A stretch of DNA of 32,017 nucleotides from Candidatus Cryptobacteroides sp. Lineage in GTDB: Bacteria > Bacteroidota > Bacteroidia > Bacteroidales > UBA932. The stretch lies in assembly GCA_051870135.1 (NCBI GenBank), contig JBJEBP010000226.1, positions 1 through 32,017 of the forward strand, given 5' to 3'. A model generated the notes under the pieces. The model searched no databases, was not told where the DNA came from, and was given only the letters and a program-made list of their open reading frames with translations. Position 1 is the stretch's first letter. Every line of letters starts with the position of its first letter. Shown here in pieces: positions 1-8,476 of this stretch. A program made the translations under genes and the position numbers.

Positions 1-560
1 TGACCAAGGTTGTTGGCGCCGCAGAAACTCCGGAGGAATTCATTGAGGCTTTTTCAGGAATCAACTCGTTGTTGCTCAGTGAGCCAGACAAGTATGTGGA
101 GCCTCTTGCCACGAGGTTGAAGACGGATATTGATGCGGTTGACATTGAACCTGTCCTTGCCGTTATCAAGGAAATCGACCCTGAAGAGATTAAAGTCAAC
201 CAGACGGCTGATGCGCTTTCCGAGGATGACCTCAAATATGCCATCATGGGACTTGACCTCAAGCCTCGAAACGGCATCGGACTCCTGGTAGTGTGCGGCG
301 AGCTGGACAAGGGAACTGATTATGGTACATTCTATTATGTAATGTTTGACAATAAGGATATGACCATCCTCGATTCCTGGGCATCCAAGGGAAAATCCGG
401 TGGAATAGGACTGCGAAACTACTGGGCGAGATCATTCTACAGGACAATAGCCGAGATAAATCCATCCAAGTTCTACCAGGCCAAGAAGAAGGTCAAGGCA
501 GGATTGAACAAGGGGGTTGAAGCCGTGAAGAGCGGATTTGAGAAAAAAGACAAAGAATAA
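1..560 (+). CDS. Hypothetical protein, 5'-truncated by the window edge
   Basis: The frame of ORF 69..560 is open back to position 3 (TKVVGAAETPEEFIEAFSGINSLLLSEPDKY...). The GGIGLRNYWA segment resembles conserved Bacteroidales hypothetical proteins. It stops 7 nt before gltB. Confidence 0.75.
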   Translation, partial: TKVVGAAETPEEFIEAFSGINSLLLSEPDKYVEPLATRLKTDIDAVDIEPVLAVIKEIDPEEIKVNQTADALSEDDLKYAIMGLDLKPRNGIGLLVVCGELDKGTDYGTFYYVMFDNKDMTILDSWASKGKSGGIGLRNYWARSFYRTIAEINPSKFYQAKKKVKAGLNKGVEAVKSGFEKKDKE

Positions 561-567
561 CATATAA

Positions 568-3500
568 ATGAACGAACTTGACAACAAACTGACAAAAGGC
601 CTTTATTTTCCTGAAAATGAACACGATGCTTGTGGTGTCGGCCTGGTGGTGAACATCAGCGGCAGCAAGTATCACGATGTCGTGGAGAAGGGTCTCACCG
701 TCCTGGAGAATATGGCGCATAGAGGTGCCGAGGGCGGTGATCTCAAGACAGGTGACGGCGCGGGAATAATGCTCCAGATTCCGCACGAATTCATTCTTCT
801 CAATGGAATACCGGTTCCAGAGAAGGGCCGTTACGGTGTGGGTATGGTGTTCCTTCCGAAGAATCCGAAGGACAATGCCCATTTCACCGAGATTATCACT
901 GAGTCCGTGGAAGCCCACGGCCTCAGCATCATGCATTCCAGACAGGTACCTGTCAATTCCTCTATCCTGGGTCAGGTCGCATTGGAATCAGAACCGGAAA
1001 TCAGGCAGCTGTTCATTGTTGGCTGCGATGACAGGAAGACATTGGAGGACAAGTTGTATCTTGTCCGCAAGGCCATCGAGCGCAAGGTCCTGGATTCTTC
1101 TATTTCGGACAAAGGGGGCTGCTATGTGGCCAGCCTTTCCACGAGAACTGTCGTTTACAAGGGTATGCTCTCTACAATGCAGCTCAGGGAGTACTTCCCG
1201 GATTTGACCAATACATACTTCACGAGTGCGATTGCCCTTGTGCATTCCAGATTTTCCACCAATACCTTCCCGACCTGGTCCCTTGCCCAGCCTTTCAGGA
1301 TGATCGGCCACAATGGCGAAATCAATACAATCAGGGGCAACCGCCTGTGGATCAAGGCAAGAGAGGCTGTGCTCAAGGCTGACAACCTGGGCAGCATCAA
1401 TGAGAATGTCAGTCCTGTAATCCAGCCGGGAATGAGCGACAGCGCCTCATTTGACAATGTGCTGGAATTCTTCATCCGGACGGGGATGGAGATTCCTCAT
1501 GCATTGGCAATGCTGATTCCTGAGAGTTACCGCGAGGGCAATCCTCTCGGCCAGGACCTGAAGAGTTACTACGAGTACCATTCCATCTTTATGGAGCCTT
1601 GGGATGGCCCGGCCACGATACTTTTCTCCGACGGAAGATATGCTGGAGGAATGCTGGACAGGAACGGTCTTCGTCCCTGCCGGTATTTCATCACCAAGAA
1701 CGGACTTCTCGTAATGGCCTCTGAAACAGGAGTTCTCGATATCCCTGCCTCAGAGATTGCCTGCAAGGGAAGGCTCTGTCCGGGCAAGATTATGATGGTG
1801 GATACGAAACAGGGCAAGATTCTGGACAATGACACCATCAAGGAGGCTCTTGCCGCCGAGCATCCATATACCGACTGGCTGAACAGGGGAAGGATTATCC
1901 TGAACAATATCAGGAGCGGAAGGAAGGTGGAGCACTCTGTACCGGACTTTGAAAGCAAGCTGAAGGTCTTCGGATATGGCAAGGAAGATATTTCCAGAAT
2001 ATTGGTGCCGATGGCCAGGGACAGTGCAGAGCCACTTTATGCAATGGGTGACGATACTCCTCTCGCAGTCCTTTCCGAGAAGCCTCAGCGTTTCTTCAAT
2101 TATTTCAAGCAGAAGTTCGCCCAGGTGACAAATCCTCCGATAGATCCTATCCGTGAATCAACGGTGATGTCTCTCTCCAGTTACATAGGGGCAGTGAAGG
2201 GCAATATCCTGAAACCGTCCCCGGATCTCTGCAAGGTGGTCAAGCTCACATCCCCTATTCTTACCAATACGGAAATGGAGACACTCAGGAATCTCCGTTA
2301 CAAGGGCTTCAAGACCATCACCCTTCCTATGCTTTTCGAAGTGGCAGGAGGCAAGCAGGCTATGGAGTCTGCGATTGCTGCCCTTTGCCGGGATGCTTCG
2401 AGGGCTGTGGATGCCGGGTACAACTATTTGATTATCAGCGATAAATCTGTTGACAAAGACCACGCTCCAATACCTTCTCTCCTGGCATTGTCAGCAGTTC
2501 ACCATCATCTCATACATAGCAGGAAGAGGTCCCAGACCGCTATTATCGTAGAGTCCGGAGAGGTTTGCGAGGTGATGCATGTGGCCCTTCTGGTAGGATA
2601 CGGAGCCAGCGGAGTGAATCCATATATGTCATTCGCAATTCTGGACCAGCTGGTTAAGGACAAGGAATTGCAACTTGATTTTCCGGCCGCCGAAGACCAT
2701 TATATCACGGCCATCAACAAGGGAATGCTGAAGATTCTCTCCAAGATGGGTATTTCCACAATCAGGAGCTACAGGGGTGCGGCATTGTTCGAGTCCCTGG
2801 GCGTAAGTTCCTCATTGCTCGACAAATATATGGGCGGAGGAATTTCGCAGATTGAGGGAATCTCGGTCGGGGACGTGGCTGCTGACGTGATTTCCGCCCA
2901 TTCGGCGGCATACTCGGAGCAGGAGAAGAAGGAGGATTCTTCTCTCGGTTCGCTGGAGGACTACGGCGCATATTCCTGGAAGAAGGGCGGCGAGCGTCAT
3001 TTCTGGAATCCGGAGAGGGTACGTCTTCTCCAGAATGCTGTCCGCAACAAGGATTTCGATGCGTTCACTCAATTCTGCGATGTTGCGGAGAACCGTACAA
3101 GACCGATGAATATCAGGGACTTGATGGAAATTGAGAGTGACCGTGAGCCGATTCCGGTGGAAGAGGTTGAGCCAGAGGAGGAGATAATGAAGCGCTTTGT
3201 CGCCGAGGCGATTTCTTTCGGTGCAATCAGCAAGGAGGCCCACGAGACCATTGCCATTGCAATGAACAGTTTCGGCGGAAGGAGCAATACCGGAGAAGGC
3301 GGTGAAGACCCTGACAGGAATCGTCCTCTCCCGGATGGCAGCAATGCCAGAAGTGCCGTCAAGCAGGTCGCTTCAGGGCGTTTCGGCGTGGACACGGACT
3401 ATCTTGTCAATGCGGACGAGATCCAGATCAAGGTTGCCCAGGGTGCCAAGCCGGGTGAAGGCGGCCAGTTGCCCGGTTTCAAGGTGGACGAACTCATTGC

Positions 3501-5049
3501 CAAGACCAGGCATTCCGTTCCCGGCATTACATTGATTTCCCCTCCGCCTCATCACGACATTTATTCCATTGAGGACCTCGCGCAGCTGATCTTTGACCTC
3601 AAGAATGTCAATACCACTGCAAGAATTAGTGTAAAACTGGTTTCTGAGGCGGGTGTGGGCACGATTGCAGCCGGTGTGGCAAAGGCCAAGGCTGATGTCA
3701 TTCTCATAAGCGGAGGAGACGGAGGCACCGGTGCAAGCCCTGCCGGAAGTGTCAAGCACGCAGGAGGTCCTGCGGAGACCGGTCTTGCGGAAATCCAGCA
3801 GACTTTGGTTATGAACAATCTCCGCGGAAAGGTCAGGCTTCAGGTGGACGGAGGTCTCAAATGCACCCGGGATGTCATTTTCATGGCTCTTCTCGGGGCT
3901 GAGGAGTATGGCTTCGGTACGGCCGTGATGATTTCAGAGGGCTGTGTGATGTGCAGGAACTGCAACAGGAACATCTGTCCTGTAGGCATTGCGACCCAGA
4001 ACCCTGAACTGAGAAAGAGGTTCAAAGGCAAGCCTGAGGATATTGTGACATATTTCCGTTTCCTTGCCACATCTGTAAGGAAACTCCTTGCGGATATGGG
4101 ATACAGGTCAATGCAGGAGATTATAGGCCGTGCGGATCTTCTCAAGAAGCGCTCTTATCCGGATGGTGCGAAGGCAGACAAGCTTTCTCTTGACCGCGTC
4201 CTCTATATCCCTGAGCATTGCAGGGACAATGCGAGATTTTTCGATACTCCGCAGGAACACAGAATTGAAGATGTCAAGGACGTGGAACTGATGGCTGTGT
4301 TGAAGTCTGCCATAGAGTCCGGCCATAAAATCAGTATTGGCGTACCGATTCGCAATATTGACCGCAGCGTGGGTGCAATGTTGAGCGGAGAGATTACGAG
4401 GAAATGGGGGATTGCCGGTCTGCCGGATGACACCATAACCGTGGATTTCACCGGCTCGGCCGGCCAGAGTTTCGGATCATTCCTATGTAAAGGTTTGACA
4501 TTCAAGCTTTCCGGTGATGCAAACGACTATCTCGGCAAGGGTCTTTCAGGCGGTAAAATAATCATTACCCCGCCTGCTGACGCAGAGTTCAGGCCTGAGG
4601 AGAATATCATTGCCGGCAATACAATAGGCTACGGGGCTACTTCCGGGGAGATGTACATAAACGGAGCGGTGGGAGAGCGTTTCTGTGTCAGGAACAGTGG
4701 AATGACAGCTGTCGTGGAGGGAGTCGGAGACCATTGCTGCGAATATATGACTGGCGGCCGGGTCGTGGTTCTTGGCAAGACCGGACGCAACTTTGCTGCC
4801 GGAATGAGCGGCGGTATAGCCTATGTATGGGATCCGGAGGGCAGTTTTGACTATTATTGCAATATGGATATGATTGAGCTGACGCTGGTGGAGACTGCGG
4901 AGGACAGTGAAGAGCTCAGGAATCTTGTTGAGAAACACAGGAAATGCACCGGAAGTGCAGTCGCGGCCATGATTCTGGAGGACTGGGATTTGCACAAGAG
5001 GCAGTTCCTCAAGGTCATGCCGGTGGAATACAAGAAGATAATGGGATAG
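568..5049 (+). CDS. gltB: Glutamate synthase large subunit
   Basis: 1493 aa. EHDACGVG (Ntn Cys), HSRFSTNTFP, HNGEINT, SNTGEGGED, AQGAKPGEGGQLPG, the CxxxxxCxxxxC 3Fe-4S motif (CVMCRNCNRNIC) and a C-terminal GXGXG domain. Confidence 0.98.
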   Translation: MNELDNKLTKGLYFPENEHDACGVGLVVNISGSKYHDVVEKGLTVLENMAHRGAEGGDLKTGDGAGIMLQIPHEFILLNGIPVPEKGRYGVGMVFLPKNPKDNAHFTEIITESVEAHGLSIMHSRQVPVNSSILGQVALESEPEIRQLFIVGCDDRKTLEDKLYLVRKAIERKVLDSSISDKGGCYVASLSTRTVVYKGMLSTMQLREYFPDLTNTYFTSAIALVHSRFSTNTFPTWSLAQPFRMIGHNGEINTIRGNRLWIKAREAVLKADNLGSINENVSPVIQPGMSDSASFDNVLEFFIRTGMEIPHALAMLIPESYREGNPLGQDLKSYYEYHSIFMEPWDGPATILFSDGRYAGGMLDRNGLRPCRYFITKNGLLVMASETGVLDIPASEIACKGRLCPGKIMMVDTKQGKILDNDTIKEALAAEHPYTDWLNRGRIILNNIRSGRKVEHSVPDFESKLKVFGYGKEDISRILVPMARDSAEPLYAMGDDTPLAVLSEKPQRFFNYFKQKFAQVTNPPIDPIRESTVMSLSSYIGAVKGNILKPSPDLCKVVKLTSPILTNTEMETLRNLRYKGFKTITLPMLFEVAGGKQAMESAIAALCRDASRAVDAGYNYLIISDKSVDKDHAPIPSLLALSAVHHHLIHSRKRSQTAIIVESGEVCEVMHVALLVGYGASGVNPYMSFAILDQLVKDKELQLDFPAAEDHYITAINKGMLKILSKMGISTIRSYRGAALFESLGVSSSLLDKYMGGGISQIEGISVGDVAADVISAHSAAYSEQEKKEDSSLGSLEDYGAYSWKKGGERHFWNPERVRLLQNAVRNKDFDAFTQFCDVAENRTRPMNIRDLMEIESDREPIPVEEVEPEEEIMKRFVAEAISFGAISKEAHETIAIAMNSFGGRSNTGEGGEDPDRNRPLPDGSNARSAVKQVASGRFGVDTDYLVNADEIQIKVAQGAKPGEGGQLPGFKVDELIAKTRHSVPGITLISPPPHHDIYSIEDLAQLIFDLKNVNTTARISVKLVSEAGVGTIAAGVAKAKADVILISGGDGGTGASPAGSVKHAGGPAETGLAEIQQTLVMNNLRGKVRLQVDGGLKCTRDVIFMALLGAEEYGFGTAVMISEGCVMCRNCNRNICPVGIATQNPELRKRFKGKPEDIVTYFRFLATSVRKLLADMGYRSMQEIIGRADLLKKRSYPDGAKADKLSLDRVLYIPEHCRDNARFFDTPQEHRIEDVKDVELMAVLKSAIESGHKISIGVPIRNIDRSVGAMLSGEITRKWGIAGLPDDTITVDFTGSAGQSFGSFLCKGLTFKLSGDANDYLGKGLSGGKIIITPPADAEFRPEENIIAGNTIGYGATSGEMYINGAVGERFCVRNSGMTAVVEGVGDHCCEYMTGGRVVVLGKTGRNFAAGMSGGIAYVWDPEGSFDYYCNMDMIELTLVETAEDSEELRNLVEKHRKCTGSAVAAMILEDWDLHKRQFLKVMPVEYKKIMG

Positions 5050-5050
5050 A

Positions 5051-5076
5051 AAAAGGGGCTTCAGCGAGCCCCTTTT
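5051..5076. terminator. Bidirectional intrinsic terminator between convergent gltB and hpf
   Basis: AAAAGGGGCT-TCAGCG-AGCCCCTTTT, a hairpin with T tracts available on both strands. Confidence 0.9.
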
Positions 5077-5079
5077 CTG

Positions 5080-5370
5080 TTATTCGTTCTTGCGTTCCTT
5101 ATGTCTGGTAAGTTTTTCCTTCATTGCGTCAGCGCATTCGTTGACAGCCTCCTCGAACGTCTTTGCGTTCCTCTCGATAACCTGGGAACCGCCCGGAATA
5201 TGAACCATAAGCTTTACGTTCTTGTTTTCCGGCCTCTCCAGAAGGGAAAGAACAACCTCCACTCCGGTAATCTGGTCATCGAACTTGCCGATTTTTGAGA
5301 CCTTTTTCTCCACGAAATCCAGAAGCTTCTGGTCAGCGTCAAATTTGAGCGACTGAATTCTAATCTCCAT
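5080..5370 (-). CDS. hpf: Ribosome hibernation factor HPF/RaiA (short form)
   Basis: 96 aa from ATG 5370 (MEIRIQSLKFDADQKLLDFVEKKVSK...TFEEAVNECADAMKEKL), the typical Bacteroidetes RaiA pattern; lies downstream of xerC. Confidence 0.92.
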   Translation of the reverse strand: MEIRIQSLKFDADQKLLDFVEKKVSKIGKFDDQITGVEVVLSLLERPENKNVKLMVHIPGGSQVIERNAKTFEEAVNECADAMKEKLTRHKERKNE

Positions 5371-6376
5371 TGTTACCTCCTCTTTTTGCCCTTGGGTGGG
5401 CGTTTGAATAAACATTTTTCAGTTGTTCAATGCCGGTATGGGTATAGACCTGGGTCGCTGCAAGTGATGAGTGCCCGAGCAATTCCTTTATTGAATATAT
5501 GTCGGCTCCGTCATCCAGCAACTCTGTAGCAACCGTGTGCCTCAGGGCGTGGGGTGACTTCCTGCCTGTCATTCCATCAATGCCGGCGAACTCATTCTTC
5601 ACCGTCCTGTCGACAAGGACCGGATACAGCCCGTTGCCGTTGAAAGTGACGAGAAGCGGCTCCTCAAGACCTCTTTCCCTACCCAACATTGTCTTAACTG
5701 CACTCAAATATAATGATATTTCTTTACATAAAGAAGAGGTGAGCGGAATTTTACGCATTTTGTCGCCCTTTCCGGTCACGGTCAATGTCAAACGTTTCAA
5801 GTCGGCAGAACCGCATTTGAGTGAAATGAGCTCGGCCCTGCGTATCCCGGACTGGAAAAGTATGCTGATTATCAGGCGGGAAAGCCTCTTGTTATAGAAT
5901 TCCTCAATCATTTTGCAGGCGCTTTCGCTCCGGTCTTCACTTTGCCATAATTTCTGGAACTCGAGCAGCGATTCCTCCCCGGCGAACCAGGCGCTTTGAG
6001 TGAAATACTGCTCAATGGATTTCTTCCGGTAGAATACCGGCAGACTTTTCTTCTCCTCAGGCCTACGGACCTTGGCGGCCGGGTTGTCCTTGATGATGTC
6101 CCTTCCGAGAAGATAGCGGCAGAAGCTGCTCAATGCGGATATGTGCTGGCATCTTGTCCTCGGTGACAGGCCCTTGTCATTGAGGTACGTAAGGTATCTG
6201 GAAATCTTTTCCCTGGTCAGTCCGGAAACCATCATCTCATCATCTGCCGGACGGCCTTCATCCAGTTCCGACAGGAATGACGAAAACGATCGGAGAATGT
6301 CACAGTATATGCTGCAAGTGCGTTCGGAATACCTTTTCACACTGCGGATATAGGATATGAAATCGTCCGTGTACAT
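5360..6376 (-). CDS. xerC: Tyrosine recombinase XerC-like
   Basis: N-terminal SAM-like domain and a full catalytic set: R (GIRRAEL), K (GKGDKMR), HxxR (PHALRH), H (LLGHSS), Y (TQVYTH). C-terminal AHPRA motif. Confidence 0.9.
   Translation of the reverse strand: MYTDDFISYIRSVKRYSERTCSIYCDILRSFSSFLSELDEGRPADDEMMVSGLTREKISRYLTYLNDKGLSPRTRCQHISALSSFCRYLLGRDIIKDNPAAKVRRPEEKKSLPVFYRKKSIEQYFTQSAWFAGEESLLEFQKLWQSEDRSESACKMIEEFYNKRLSRLIISILFQSGIRRAELISLKCGSADLKRLTLTVTGKGDKMRKIPLTSSLCKEISLYLSAVKTMLGRERGLEEPLLVTFNGNGLYPVLVDRTVKNEFAGIDGMTGRKSPHALRHTVATELLDDGADIYSIKELLGHSSLAATQVYTHTGIEQLKNVYSNAHPRAKRGGNNGD
5375..5381 (-). promoter_or_regulatory. Shine-Dalgarno sequence AGGAGGT upstream of hpf
   Basis: The minus strand reads AAGAGGAGGTAACA-ATG; the site lies inside the 3' end of xerC. 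Confidence 0.7.
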
Positions 6377-6384
6377 ATCTGTGC

Positions 6385-7911
6385 CTATGCTTCCTTGAGA
6401 CCAAGGCTGGCGGCATATTCCCTCATCAGTTTGTCCGCCTCCTCGAAATTGTTGCCGATAACCCCGTCGAGAATGGCGTTCTTGACATATTCCTTGATGA
6501 TTCCGATTTCCCTGGACGGCGGGATTCCGTAAACTTCCATCACATATTCTCCGGTAATCGGGTTCTTGAAGTTGCGGATTTCGTCCTTGGCCTCCACTTC
6601 GACAAGTTTTTCCTTGACGAGAGCGAAATTGCGCCGGATTCTCTCCACCTTCACCGGATTCTTGGACGTGATGTCGGCATTGCAGAGCAGCATCAGGTCA
6701 GTAATCTCATTCCCAGCGTCGAAAAGCAGTCTTCTCACTGCGGAATCTGTCACGACATCGTCCACCAGGGCTACCGGACGGTGATGGAGAAGGACGAGCT
6801 TCTGGACATATTTCATCTTCTCGTTCAAAGGCATCTTGAGCTGCTGGAATATCTTCTGGACCATCCTGGAGCCTATTACCTCGTGACCGTGAAAGGTCCA
6901 GCCTATGTTCTTGTCGTAGCGTTTGCTGGCCGGCTTGCCAATGTCGTGGAGCAATGCCGCCCATCTCAGCCAGAGGCAAGGCTCTGTCCTGACCTTCTCC
7001 TCGAAGCCGTCTCCTCCTTCAATCGGAGTATAGTCGTGAAGCCTGCCTTCGGCAATGTTCCTGACCTCGTCCGCGGCAACATTGTCGAGAACCTGGAGGG
7101 TATGGGAGAAATTGTCCTTATGCCCCTTTCCGTCCACTGTCTCTATTCCCTTGAGCTTGCAAAGCTGTGGCAGGACATATTCCAGCAGCCCTGTGCTGTC
7201 CATCAGCGAGAATGCCATTGACGGCTTGCTGCAGAGCAGCATCTTGTTGAGTTCCTCCGCAATCCTTTCCTGGGACAGGATGCTCATCCTGTCTTTCATC
7301 TTCCGCATTGCCTCCAAAGATTCCGGGACAATGCTGAAGGTGATTTCATCATTGCTGAGCTTGGTGGCGAACCTGACAGCCCTCAGCATCCTGAGCGGGT
7401 CGTCGCTATAGGTGGTCTCAGGTTCAAGAGGTGTGCGGATAATGCCGGCTGCAAGGTCCCTGATACCCCCGAAAGGGTCCACAAGGGCTCCGTAGTCTTC
7501 TTTCTGGAGGCTGAAAGCCATAGCGTTGATGGTAAAGTCACGGCGTTTCTGGTCGTCTTCCAGAGTGCCGTCCTCCACTATCGGCTTGCGGGAATTCCGG
7601 TTGTAGGATTCCTTCCTGGCTCCGACGAACTCCACTTCCTGTCCACGGTACTTGAGCATTGCCGTACCGAAATTCCGGAAAACGGATATGTGGCAGTTAT
7701 GTTTCTCTTTTCTTTTGACGAGGTCTGCCACCGCCTCTGCGAGGGCAATGCCGCTGCCTTCAACGACAACGTCAATGTCATCGTTGGCCCTGCCCAGGAA
7801 GCAGTCCCTCACATAGCCTCCTATGACAAAGGCCCTCGTACCTATTTCTTCCGCGGCATCCGAGATAATGTGGAATACCGGGTTGTCAATGAATCCTTCT
7901 GTCCGTGTCAT
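6385..7911 (-). CDS. cca: CCA tRNA nucleotidyltransferase with HD domain
   Basis: GGYVRD, DIDVVV, RRDFTINA, DDPLRMLRAVRF, LLHDIGK. Start placed at ATG 7911 because it overlaps the upstream stop codon as ATGA. Confidence 0.92.
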   Translation of the reverse strand: MTRTEGFIDNPVFHIISDAAEEIGTRAFVIGGYVRDCFLGRANDDIDVVVEGSGIALAEAVADLVKRKEKHNCHISVFRNFGTAMLKYRGQEVEFVGARKESYNRNSRKPIVEDGTLEDDQKRRDFTINAMAFSLQKEDYGALVDPFGGIRDLAAGIIRTPLEPETTYSDDPLRMLRAVRFATKLSNDEITFSIVPESLEAMRKMKDRMSILSQERIAEELNKMLLCSKPSMAFSLMDSTGLLEYVLPQLCKLKGIETVDGKGHKDNFSHTLQVLDNVAADEVRNIAEGRLHDYTPIEGGDGFEEKVRTEPCLWLRWAALLHDIGKPASKRYDKNIGWTFHGHEVIGSRMVQKIFQQLKMPLNEKMKYVQKLVLLHHRPVALVDDVVTDSAVRRLLFDAGNEITDLMLLCNADITSKNPVKVERIRRNFALVKEKLVEVEAKDEIRNFKNPITGEYVMEVYGIPPSREIGIIKEYVKNAILDGVIGNNFEEADKLMREYAASLGLKEA

Positions 7912-8354
7912 CCTTCCTGTTTCTCTCCTCCGCACAACATTTCCCCGTATTCCGGGATGGAAGATACAGGTATATATCTTTCTTTACCCTGTCTGGAGAA
8001 AATATATGTACTATTCCCGTTTGTAATTGCTATATATTTGACATTCAATATCATATTGTACCTCAATGCCTGCTCGGCGACTGTAGTGCCAAGCTCTGTG
8101 CCGGGCCTTTTGCATTCAACTATCATCAATGGTTCGGAATCCCTTCCGTATGCCACGATGTCGGCCCTGAATTCTTTCTTTACCGGGCCTTCACCGTAAT
8201 TCAGGCTGACTTCGCTCATCATCTTGTACATCGGAATCTTCATCTTTTTGTTCATGAATCCGATGAACCATTGCCTCACTTCCTCCTCGGGGGTGAGGGC
8301 AACTTCTTTACGTCGGAGAGAATCCCAAACTTTTGTTTTCGAAGTATCAGGCAT
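7908..8354 (-). CDS. Stand-alone type I restriction HsdR N-terminal-domain (HSDR_N_2-like) protein
   Basis: VWDSLRRKEVALTPEEEVRQ, RADIVAY, IVECK (PD-(D/E)xK-like), QALRYN, ITNG. ATG 8354 lies downstream of a TATATTTG promoter element. Confidence 0.85.
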   Translation of the reverse strand: MPDTSKTKVWDSLRRKEVALTPEEEVRQWFIGFMNKKMKIPMYKMMSEVSLNYGEGPVKKEFRADIVAYGRDSEPLMIVECKRPGTELGTTVAEQALRYNMILNVKYIAITNGNSTYIFSRQGKERYIPVSSIPEYGEMLCGGEKQEG

Positions 8355-8374
8355 CAAATGTGTGTATGAGGACA

Positions 8375-8414
8375 CAAATATAGTCATTTTTTTCTGTGCT
8401 TTTTAGTAACTTTG
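8375..8414. promoter_or_regulatory. Divergent Bacteroidetes sigma-A -7 elements
   Basis: TATATTTG on the minus strand (8375-8382) and TAACTTTG on the plus strand (8407-8414) both match TAnnTTTG. Confidence 0.75.
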
Positions 8415-8476
8415 CGGAGCATTGTGCGTCCTGGCCGGCAAATTGCCTGTCGCTATAGCGCCAATCTTTGATAATT

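Noticed and set aside
803-4995. Numerous 60-150 aa alternative-frame and antisense ORFs within gltB, and likewise within the other genes
   Set aside because: They are shadows of well-supported genes and have no recognisable motifs.
5360-6376. Tyrosine recombinase as the integrase of a mobile element
   Set aside because: It has the chromosomal XerC signature (AHPRA, linkage to hpf), housekeeping neighbours, and no att repeats or cargo genes.
7908-8354. Type I restriction-modification or defence system
   Set aside because: Only a 148-aa N-terminal-domain protein is present; there is no helicase, methylase or specificity gene.
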